This document shows positions 57,223-64,000 of a stretch of 64,000 nucleotides of DNA, piece by piece. The position numbers and the translations under genes are program-made. The notes beneath the pieces were generated by a model. The model did no database searches and was not told the origin of the DNA. It worked only from the letters and a program-made list of their open reading frames with translations. This DNA comes from an uncultured Bacillota bacterium (GTDB taxonomy: Bacteria; Bacillota; Clostridia; Christensenellales; UBA1242). Where the stretch lies: positions 15,148 through 79,147 of the forward strand of contig CAMMTJ010000004.1 of assembly GCA_946499835.1 (NCBI GenBank). Direction: 5' to 3'. Position 1 is the stretch's first letter; every line of letters begins with the position of its first letter.

Positions 57223-57597
57223 ATGGAAAATAATGTCTATGAAATGTTGTCAAAAATGATGGCTAATAGTCAAAATCAAGGACAAAATGGAGGGGGAAAT
57301 TTTAATAACAATTTCTCCACCTCATCAGTGCAGTCGCAAAATCCAAGTTTTTCATATTATCCGCAAGAGGCCTACCCAAACCAAGAAAATGCCTCTTCTG
57401 CCAGTGCAATGGCCTTTTCGCCTGACAACGCCCTTCCACTTTTATTGCAACTTCTCTCATCAAAAGGTGGAAGCGGTGGACTGCTTTCACTTTTGGGAGG
57501 CGGTGGCAACAACCTATCATCTCTTCTCTCTTCACTAGGCAAGAAAAAAGAGGAAGACTCTTCTTCCCCTTTGCCAGATGACGATATCATTTTATAA
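57223..57597 (+). CDS. Low-complexity Q/N/G/S-rich hypothetical protein (124 aa)
   Basis: MENNVYEMLSKMMANSQNQGQNGGGNFNNNF..GGSGGLLSLLGGGGNNLSSLLSSLG... No SD; TATAAT lies 6 nt upstream of the ATG. Confidence 0.45.
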   Translation: MENNVYEMLSKMMANSQNQGQNGGGNFNNNFSTSSVQSQNPSFSYYPQEAYPNQENASSASAMAFSPDNALPLLLQLLSSKGGSGGLLSLLGGGGNNLSSLLSSLGKKKEEDSSSPLPDDDIIL

Positions 57598-57599
57598 AA

Positions 57600-58265
57600 T
57601 TATATTTCAAGTTTGGCAAGACTGTCTGCCACAGAGCCATTTTTGAAATAATAAAACTTTTTGCAAAGTTTTTGCGCTATTGATGGCTTTGTCGTTGCAA
57701 TAATCAAAGTCGTCTTTTTTGTTTTTAATTTTTTGATCATATCAAGGACAACTTCCATTGATGCCTCACTTAGTCTATCAAAAATGTTGTCAACCATCAA
57801 AAGATCAAGGTTATCTCTCATAGAAAGCCTAATAAATGAAAGGACATATTTCTCTTCCAAAGACAATTCTTTTATTTTGCGATCCTTTATTTTTTCTATG
57901 GCGTATTCTATAATTATTTCATTTATCTTATTTTCAACATCAGCCTCTTTCATTCCCCACGCTTTGAGAATATATTTGAAGTTTTCATAAACAGTTTTCT
58001 TTTCAAGAAATACAGGAGTTGAAGGGATATATCCAGCAGAAATATCTGTGCGATAGTCAAGTTTATCAAGAGGAATGTCTTTTATATACACCTCTCCCTT
58101 TGTCATTTTTTCAAGTTTTGCAAATATACGCAAAAGACTGGTCTTTCCACTCTCGTCTTCACCAATAAAAGCCACACTTTCGCCATCTTCAATGTTCATA
58201 TTGACATCATACAAAGCGTAATATTCACGAGTGAATTTCAAAAACAAATTCTTTACTTCAATCAT
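57600..58265 (-). CDS. ABC-type ATPase-like protein with degenerate catalytic motifs
   Basis: Walker A GEDESGKTS is intact. The signature reads LSLEE (not LSGGQ), Walker B reads LLMVDN (no catalytic Glu), and the H-loop lacks His. The ATG at 58265 is preceded by AAGAGG. Confidence 0.7.
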   Translation of the reverse strand: MIEVKNLFLKFTREYYALYDVNMNIEDGESVAFIGEDESGKTSLLRIFAKLEKMTKGEVYIKDIPLDKLDYRTDISAGYIPSTPVFLEKKTVYENFKYILKAWGMKEADVENKINEIIIEYAIEKIKDRKIKELSLEEKYVLSFIRLSMRDNLDLLMVDNIFDRLSEASMEVVLDMIKKLKTKKTTLIIATTKPSIAQKLCKKFYYFKNGSVADSLAKLEI

Positions 58266-58323
58266 AGCAACCTCTTTTATCATTTTACTATAATCGAAAA
58301 AAAAATAAAAGCAAATTTTGCTT

Positions 58324-58827
58324 TTATTTGATTTTTAGCACAAATTCTTCTGAAATATTGTCCGTGCCAATCAAAATTTGCCCTGTGCCATCGCCATTAT
58401 CTTGCACTTGACCTGCAATAACTCTAAAAGTCAAATTGACAGGCTCTTCGCTTTTGAAAATATATGATTTGTTTGTCACCTCGGCAAACTTTTCAAAGGC
58501 TTCTGCCCCCGCCTCGCCTTTGCTTAACTTGACTAAGTGCGTCAAAGACTCCCAATAGTCTGACTTATCAAAAGTAAGAGTCAACTCTTCTTGATTTTCT
58601 TCCCAAAAAGTCAAATTGACAGGTTTGTCTGACTTAATCAGCACATCAACTGACTCACTTTCAAGTCTGGAATCTGTTTGAAAATTTATTCGAAGGACAT
58701 ATTCATCACTTCCAGCAGACGTTGCTTCGCTTATAAATGCCGATTTTATCATAGTGGAATCTTCACAGCCTACAAGCAAAAATGCAAAAGATAACAAAAA
58801 AAGAGCAACAATATTTTTTAGTTTCAT
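58324..58827 (-). CDS. Lipoprotein, unknown function
   Basis: Signal peptide with lipobox LLVGC. Confidence 0.7.
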   Translation of the reverse strand: MKLKNIVALFLLSFAFLLVGCEDSTMIKSAFISEATSAGSDEYVLRINFQTDSRLESESVDVLIKSDKPVNLTFWEENQEELTLTFDKSDYWESLTHLVKLSKGEAGAEAFEKFAEVTNKSYIFKSEEPVNLTFRVIAGQVQDNGDGTGQILIGTDNISEEFVLKIK

Positions 58828-58872
58828 TTTTCACCTCAAAATATTATTGCTCTTTGAAAGGCTTTTTAATCA

Positions 58873-59220
58873 TCAAAAGGCATTTTCAATATGTGAAATT
58901 TGATCACCCAAAATTTCAATCACATCAAACCTAATCTCGCACTTTTCATACAAATCATTTTCAAGCATAAAAAGAGTGCTTGTCTTTCTTATCTTATGTT
59001 GCTTTCGCTCGTCCACTGCTTCGCTTGGTCTTCCAAACGCCAGTGTTTCTCGCTCCTTAACTTCCACAAAAACAAGTGTTTTCTTGTGTAGAGCAATTAT
59101 ATCAATTTCACCAACTTTGTTTTTATAATTTCTTTCCAAAATCTTATATTTTTTCTTTTTTAAGAATTTTATTGCTTGCTCTTCACCTATCATGCCTTTA
59201 ATGCGATTAAACTTTTTCAT
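58873..59220 (-). CDS. yraN: YraN-family endonuclease (UPF0102)
   Basis: GEEQAIKFLKKKKYKILERNYKNKVGEIDIIA..VFVEVK. Confidence 0.85.
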   Translation of the reverse strand: MKKFNRIKGMIGEEQAIKFLKKKKYKILERNYKNKVGEIDIIALHKKTLVFVEVKERETLAFGRPSEAVDERKQHKIRKTSTLFMLENDLYEKCEIRFDVIEILGDQISHIENAF

Positions 59221-60032
59221 CAGTCGAGTGTTATCCTCCCAATTCGGCTTTTGCGAAAGTCATCAATGATGGCTTGTGCCGTCCTTTCTATGTCAATCTC
59301 GCCTCCGCCTCTCACATAACCTCTTTTTCTTGCAATACCTTCAAGTGATAAATCTTGTCCAAAGCGTTTTTCAAGCAGTGGGAGATAATCTTTTTTGAGA
59401 AAGGCAAGAAGTTCCTCTGCCAATTCTATTTGATCAACCACTTGGTCTTTTATACTTCCAATAAATGCCAACTTTTTTGCCACCTCTTGATCGGCAAGGT
59501 TTGGATATAATGTTCCTGGTGTGTCACAAAGTTCAATATTATCACCTATTGCCACCCATTGACGCATTTTTGTCACGCCCGGTTTGTTGCCAGTGACCAT
59601 TTTTGACTTTCCGCAAAGATTGTTTATAAGCGTGCTTTTTCCTGAATTTGGCACGCCGACAACCAACGCTCTGATTGCCACCTTAACGCCCTTTGCCTTA
59701 TATTTTTCTATTCTGTCTTTTGCAAGGTTATTTATCTTGGTTTTTATTATCTTGCCTGCCCCTGACATCGTGCTGTTTAGGCAGACATAATCACTCTTCT
59801 CACCCTTAAATCTGGTGACAAAATTTTTTATTTTTTCTTCATCTGAAAGGTCGATTTTGTTTATAACAAAAAGTATTGGCTTGCCTTGTGAAAGAGTGTC
59901 AAGTGATGGGTTGATTGATGAAATTGGTGCTCGTCCGTCTAAGACATACAAAATGACATCAATGCTTGGAAGCATTGACTTCATCTCTTTAAGAGCCTTA
60001 GTCATATGTCCGGGAAACCAATTTATTTTCAT
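59220..60032 (-). CDS. rbgA: Ribosome biogenesis GTPase A (YlqF/RbgA)
   Basis: INWFPGHMTKA, circularly permuted G motifs (NKIDL.. GVPNSGKST.. DTPG). Confidence 0.9.
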   Translation of the reverse strand: MKINWFPGHMTKALKEMKSMLPSIDVILYVLDGRAPISSINPSLDTLSQGKPILFVINKIDLSDEEKIKNFVTRFKGEKSDYVCLNSTMSGAGKIIKTKINNLAKDRIEKYKAKGVKVAIRALVVGVPNSGKSTLINNLCGKSKMVTGNKPGVTKMRQWVAIGDNIELCDTPGTLYPNLADQEVAKKLAFIGSIKDQVVDQIELAEELLAFLKKDYLPLLEKRFGQDLSLEGIARKRGYVRGGGEIDIERTAQAIIDDFRKSRIGRITLD

Positions 60033-60706
60033 TTTTTCTCCTGTTTTTTGAGTAAATCTGGTCGAAGTTTTTTTGTTTTTTCAAGTGCTTGTTCTTCTCT
60101 CCAACGAGCAATCTCTTTATGATTGCCAGAGAGAAGCACTTCTGGCACAGATAATCCACGAAAAAGACTTGGACGAGTATATTGTGGATATTCCAAAAGA
60201 TTGTTTGAAAAACTCTCTTCTTGCAAACTGTCATTTGAGATAACCCCTTCCACAAATCTGCAAAGAGCGTCAATAATCACCATTGTTGGCAGTTCGCCAC
60301 CAGTTAAAACATAATCACCAATAGAAATTTGCTGAGGCTTGAAAATTTCAACCACCCTTTCGTCAATTCCTTCATAGTGACCGCAAATAAAAATAAGATG
60401 TTCCTCTTTCGACAACTCTTCTGCAATTTTTGCATTGAAAGTTTGTCCGCTTGGGCTTGCCATAACTATGTGGCTTTTCTCATCCAGCACGCTTTCCACT
60501 GCGTCACACACAGGCTGAGCCATCATAAGCATTCCTGCTCCGCCACCAAAAGGATAGTCATCACATTTTTTATGCTTGTCCTGTGAAAAATCTCTTATAT
60601 TGATGATATTTATCTTTATTTTTCCACTCTCTTGTGCTCGTTTGATTATACTCTCACCGAGTGGAGCAAAACTTTCAGGAAAAAGTGTCAATATGTCGAT
60701 CACCAT
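60029..60706 (-). CDS. trmD: tRNA (guanine37-N1)-methyltransferase
   Basis: IDILTLFPE.., CGHYEGIDERV and IGDYVLTGGE. Confidence 0.93.
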   Translation of the reverse strand: MVIDILTLFPESFAPLGESIIKRAQESGKIKINIINIRDFSQDKHKKCDDYPFGGGAGMLMMAQPVCDAVESVLDEKSHIVMASPSGQTFNAKIAEELSKEEHLIFICGHYEGIDERVVEIFKPQQISIGDYVLTGGELPTMVIIDALCRFVEGVISNDSLQEESFSNNLLEYPQYTRPSLFRGLSVPEVLLSGNHKEIARWREEQALEKTKKLRPDLLKKQEKK

Positions 60707-61194
60707 ACGCTCACCTCGTCAAACTTATCCTTGTTGACAACAAGAGTGTCTCCATCTCGATCAAAAACACCATCAACAAAAGGTGTTTGAACAGTTCTGC
60801 CGTTGCAATCAATGATAAAGTTGAAAGTCGCACCATAGTTTTCGACATCAACAATTTGTCCCACAAGATTGCCCTCTTTGTCATAAAGAACCATGCCTAT
60901 AAGGTCATCAACAAGAAGTTCATCCTCTTCAAGTGCATTTTTGATAAGATCTTTGTCGAGCATTATTCTCTTGCCTCGCAACGACTCTGCCATATTGCGA
61001 TCGTCAATGCCTTCAAATTTGACATACAAAAAACCTTGTCGAAGAGAAATGTTTGAAATTTCAAACTTCTTCCCTTCAACATAGGCCTCTTCCATTCCAT
61101 TGAACACCGCATTCACATTTGTGGAAATCTGCGCTTTGACTTCCCCGCGAATGCCCTGTGGTTTGACAATTTTTGCCACTTCAATCAAAGACAT
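60700..61194 (-). CDS. rimM: 16S rRNA processing protein RimM
   Basis: KPQGIRGEVK.. plus the PRC-barrel C-terminus; operon context. Confidence 0.9.
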   Translation of the reverse strand: MSLIEVAKIVKPQGIRGEVKAQISTNVNAVFNGMEEAYVEGKKFEISNISLRQGFLYVKFEGIDDRNMAESLRGKRIMLDKDLIKNALEEDELLVDDLIGMVLYDKEGNLVGQIVDVENYGATFNFIIDCNGRTVQTPFVDGVFDRDGDTLVVNKDKFDEVSVW

Positions 61195-61424
61195 TATTCA
61201 CCAAATTTGACAAAGACTTTCTTGCGAGATTTTGCAAGCATAGATTTTACAATCGTTCTTATGCTTGATGCAATCTTTCCGCCCTTACCGATAATCTTTC
61301 CCATATCGTCAGGGTTGACTTTAACGAAAATGGTAACTTCCGTCTCTGTTTCTTCCATAGAAACTTCGACAGCGTCTTCGTCTTTAACAAGACTTTTGAC
61401 GATATATTTGACAAGTTCTTCCAT
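61194..61424 (-). CDS. KH-domain RNA-binding protein (YlqC-like)
   Basis: DMGKIIGKGGKIASSIRTIV; sits between rpsP and rimM. Confidence 0.85.
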   Translation of the reverse strand: MEELVKYIVKSLVKDEDAVEVSMEETETEVTIFVKVNPDDMGKIIGKGGKIASSIRTIVKSMLAKSRKKVFVKFGE

Positions 61425-61435
61425 AAATTCTCTCC

Positions 61436-61684
61436 TTATTTTACCTCAATTCCGCTTTTTACAAGAAGTTGCTTTGCAGTTTCTGTTGGTTTTGCACCGT
61501 TAGCAAGCCATTGTTTTGCTTTGTCAGCATCAATCTTGATTGTTGCAGGATCAGTAAGTGGGTTGTAAGTTCCGATCATGTCGATAAACTTCCCATCTCT
61601 TGGAGAACGAGAATCTGCCACGATAACTCTGTAAAATGGAGATTTTTTGTCACCAAGTCTTGTAAGTCTGATTTTTACTGCCAT
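61436..61684 (-). CDS. rpsP: 30S ribosomal protein S16
   Basis: [34 protein letters not shown]. The ATG at 61684 is preceded by AAGGAGG. Confidence 0.95.
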   Translation of the reverse strand: MAVKIRLTRLGDKKSPFYRVIVADSRSPRDGKFIDMIGTYNPLTDPATIKIDADKAKQWLANGAKPTETAKQLLVKSGIEVK

Positions 61685-61742
61685 AATTTCCTCCTTTATA
61701 GATTTAATATCTTGTTCAGGCATAACGCCTGCGATATTACGA

Positions 61743-63056
61743 CTAGAATTTTGGTCTGAATCCACGACCATTTTTGAATTGTTTCATCATTTCTTTTGAT
61801 TGCTCAAATTGTTTGAGAAGTTGGTTGACCTGCTGAACAGAAGTGCCACTTCCCTTGGCAATTCTCTGTCTTCTGCTCGCTTTGATAATATCTGGATTTT
61901 GTCTTTCCTCTTTGGTCATAGATTGAATGATTGCTTTGTTGACCAAAATTTGATTTTCATCAATGTCAAGGTTTTTGATTTTTCCACCCAGCCCCGGTAT
62001 CATGCCAAGCAAGTCTTTTATAGATCCCATTTTTTTAAGATTTTCAATTTGAGAAAGATAGTCATCAAAGGTGAAAGAATTTTCTCTAAATTTCTTTTCA
62101 AGTGCCTTTGCCTCTTCCTCTGTCACAGCCTCTTGTGCCTTTTCAATAAGTGAAAGCACATCACCCATGCCAAGTATTCTGCTTGCAATACGGTCTGGAT
62201 AAAATGGCTCGATATCGCCAATCTTTTCACCAATACCTGTGAATTTGATTGGTTTGCCGGTGATTGCCTTGATTGAAAGGGCTGCACCGCCACGAGTGTC
62301 GCCGTCCATCTTGGTCAAAACAACACCAGTAATATCAAGGTCACGATCAAAACTTTGAGCAACTGTGACAGCGTCTTGCCCTGTCATCGCATCAACAACA
62401 AGCAAAATCTCTGTTGGAGAAACTTCTTTTTTGATGTCTTGAAGTTCTCTCATCAGTTCTTCATTTATATGAAGTCTGCCGGCTGTGTCGATTATGACTG
62501 TGTCATAACCTTGCTTCTTTGCATGCTCCACTGCTTGCTTTGCCGTTTTGACAGGATTTTGTGTCCCCTTTTCAAAAACATCCACTCCCGCCTGCTTGCC
62601 AACCACTTGAAGTTGATTGATTGCCGCAGGTCTATAAATATCACAAGCAACAAGCAGTGACCTTTTGCCAGACTTTTTGAGATGTGCACCAAGTTTTGCA
62701 CACATGGTTGTCTTGCCTGCACCTTGAAGCCCACACATCATGATAACTGTTGGTGGCGCTGGTGACACCATAAGTTTTTGGCTGTTTGAAGACATAAGAG
62801 TTGTCAATTCATCACGCACAATTTTGATGACTTGTTGTGCCGGCGTCAAACTTTTGAGCACTTCATCGCCAACAGCCTTTTCAGACACAGTTTTGACGAA
62901 ATCTTTGGCAACCATATAGTTGACATCGGCTTCCAAAAGAGCAATACGCACCTCTCTCATCGCTTCTTTGATTTCAAGTTCGGTAAGCCTTCCCCTTTTT
63001 GTGAGTTTGGAAAAAATATGATTGAATTTTTCAGATAAAGATGAAAACAATGCCAT
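61743..63056 (-). CDS. ffh: Signal recognition particle protein Ffh
   Basis: [14 protein letters not shown], and the Met-rich M domain. Confidence 0.95.
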   Translation of the reverse strand: MALFSSLSEKFNHIFSKLTKRGRLTELEIKEAMREVRIALLEADVNYMVAKDFVKTVSEKAVGDEVLKSLTPAQQVIKIVRDELTTLMSSNSQKLMVSPAPPTVIMMCGLQGAGKTTMCAKLGAHLKKSGKRSLLVACDIYRPAAINQLQVVGKQAGVDVFEKGTQNPVKTAKQAVEHAKKQGYDTVIIDTAGRLHINEELMRELQDIKKEVSPTEILLVVDAMTGQDAVTVAQSFDRDLDITGVVLTKMDGDTRGGAALSIKAITGKPIKFTGIGEKIGDIEPFYPDRIASRILGMGDVLSLIEKAQEAVTEEEAKALEKKFRENSFTFDDYLSQIENLKKMGSIKDLLGMIPGLGGKIKNLDIDENQILVNKAIIQSMTKEERQNPDIIKASRRQRIAKGSGTSVQQVNQLLKQFEQSKEMMKQFKNGRGFRPKF

Positions 63057-63343
63057 TATTCTTCCCTCCTTTTAGTTTGATTTTTCAGTCTTTCATTTTC
63101 TTTTGTGACCAACTCAAACTTTTCCACAAAATGCAAAAGATTTTCAAAGTGTTCAAGTTTTGCGACTGCTTTTGTGATTGTGTCTTTGACTGCCTGACGA
63201 GAAATGTTTCTGTTGAGTGCAATTTCACTTCCAGTGAGGTCATACAAAAGAAAGTCGCCAATCACCTCTCTCTGTGTTTGACTTAATAGTGGCCCATAGG
63301 CATCAAATAGTTTGCACAGCAAAACATTTTCTTCAATCTTCAT
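63056..63343 (-). CDS. ylxM: YlxM-like putative DNA-binding protein (UPF0122)
   Basis: LFDAYGPLLSQTQREVIGDFLLYDLTGSEIA..ISRQAV. Directly upstream of ffh. Confidence 0.8.
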   Translation of the reverse strand: MKIEENVLLCKLFDAYGPLLSQTQREVIGDFLLYDLTGSEIALNRNISRQAVKDTITKAVAKLEHFENLLHFVEKFELVTKENERLKNQTKRREE

Positions 63344-63478
63344 ATCACAATTTGTAAAGCACTTTTACTTTACAAAGATATAATACCACAAAACTTTTTA
63401 TAAAGCAAGCATTTTTTCAAAAATTCTCATTGACTTAGAAAAAAGTTGGTGATATAATCTTTGCATTGGAGAGAAAAT

Positions 63479-63832
63479 ATGGACGAAAAAAAATGTGATT
63501 TTAGAAATATATTTGATGAAAATGGCAATATTGATAGAAAGGCTGCAACTGAAATGATGAAAAACACACCAAAATCAGAACAACCTGCATTATGGCAAAC
63601 TTTGATTGACTTGTCAAACTTGAAAAAAACAGCAAAACTACAAAAAAATAAAGAAGAAGAAATTGTCAAAGAAAAAGTTTCAATCACCAGTGCAAACCCA
63701 AGATGTTTTGACACTTCAACATTTTCTATGGCAAACAAACCAGAAGATATGACACGAGAAAGATATATTGATGAATATGTTGCAAAACTTGTGAACGGCT
63801 GTCATGAGATTGACGAATTTTTGAAAAAGTAA
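63479..63832 (+). CDS. Hypothetical protein (117 aa)
   Basis: The ATG at 63479 is preceded by GGAGAG. No family recognised. Confidence 0.55.
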   Translation: MDEKKCDFRNIFDENGNIDRKAATEMMKNTPKSEQPALWQTLIDLSNLKKTAKLQKNKEEEIVKEKVSITSANPRCFDTSTFSMANKPEDMTRERYIDEYVAKLVNGCHEIDEFLKK

Positions 63833-64000
63833 TCACGGAAAAAGTTTCACAATTATTTCATTGCTGACACCAAAATAATTTTTATTGATGGCGACAAAGC
63901 CATCTTTTTCTTTTATTATGCCTTGACTTAAAAACTTTTTATAGTTGTCATTTTTTGATATATTATAGCCTAGCGCCTTTAATTTTTCTATTTCAAAACC
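63833..64000 (-). CDS. C-terminal 55 codons of an unidentified gene entering from the window end
   Basis: Hand translation gives GFEIEKLKALGYNISKNDNYKKFLSQGIIKEKDGFVAINKNYFGVSNEIIVKLFP*. It faintly resembles a HemN_C/HemW-type C-terminus. Not callable. Confidence 0.35.
   Translation of the reverse strand, partial: GFEIEKLKALGYNISKNDNYKKFLSQGIIKEKDGFVAINKNYFGVSNEIIVKLFP

Noticed and set aside
59220-61684. rplS (and lepB/rnhB) missing from the rpsP-rimM-trmD-rbgA operon
   Set aside because: Gene order downstream of trmD varies between Firmicutes. rplS is presumably elsewhere, so this is ordinary synteny variation rather than a finding.

Overview
This is a low-GC (judged by eye, not computed) Firmicutes/Clostridia-type chromosomal segment. 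It probably comes from a spore former, given gpr, ytfJ plus a ytfI-like gene, and a NodB deacetylase. I count about 70 protein-coding genes, mostly on the minus strand and mostly housekeeping. They include rpsT, hpf, a ctsR-less tex-mcsA(mini)-mcsB-clpC string, dinB, trxB, rplM-rpsI, an mreB-like/minD/minE-like trio, an HtrA-like protease, tsaB/tsaE, rnj, greA, rlmH, tadA, groES-groEL, parE-parC-type topoisomerase, murG, and ylxM-ffh-rpsP-KH-rimM-trmD-rbgA-yraN. I saw no rRNA, tRNA, CRISPR array, transposase, integrase or prophage genes. Several non-core islands are worth a second look.

(1) 17.6-24.3 kb is my best candidate for an undescribed system. A perfect-consensus promoter drives a 67-aa Cys-containing ORF, a bitopic membrane protein with a poly-Lys cytoplasmic head, and a 1723-aa N-terminally anchored giant protein. 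The giant is built from six cryptic ~190-240 aa modules followed by Listeria-Bacteroides repeats.

(2) 1.9-3.6 kb holds a cassette bracketed by a duplicated 55-bp hairpin module. It encodes a cytoplasmic protein made of exactly phased 78-nt (26-aa) repeats, plus a coupled 31-aa micro-ORF carrying the same motif.

(3) 14.9-15.8 kb is an orphan, self-contained gene with H-Y-E (PARP-like) ADP-ribosyltransferase-like motifs.

(4) 30.5-33.8 kb encodes a 1115-aa type-I membrane protein with four CBM-like modules and a cytoplasmic coiled-coil tail.

(5) 34.0-34.5 kb encodes a double zinc-ribbon protein with an extreme poly-Asp tail.

Several enzyme-family members have degenerate catalytic motifs (amidohydrolase-like, Ppx/GppA-like, an ABC ATPase). 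Three genes lacking a Shine-Dalgarno (SD) ribosome-binding sequence have a -10 box 6 nt upstream of the ATG and may be leaderless. All functional calls rest on motif recognition by eye; no database search was possible.
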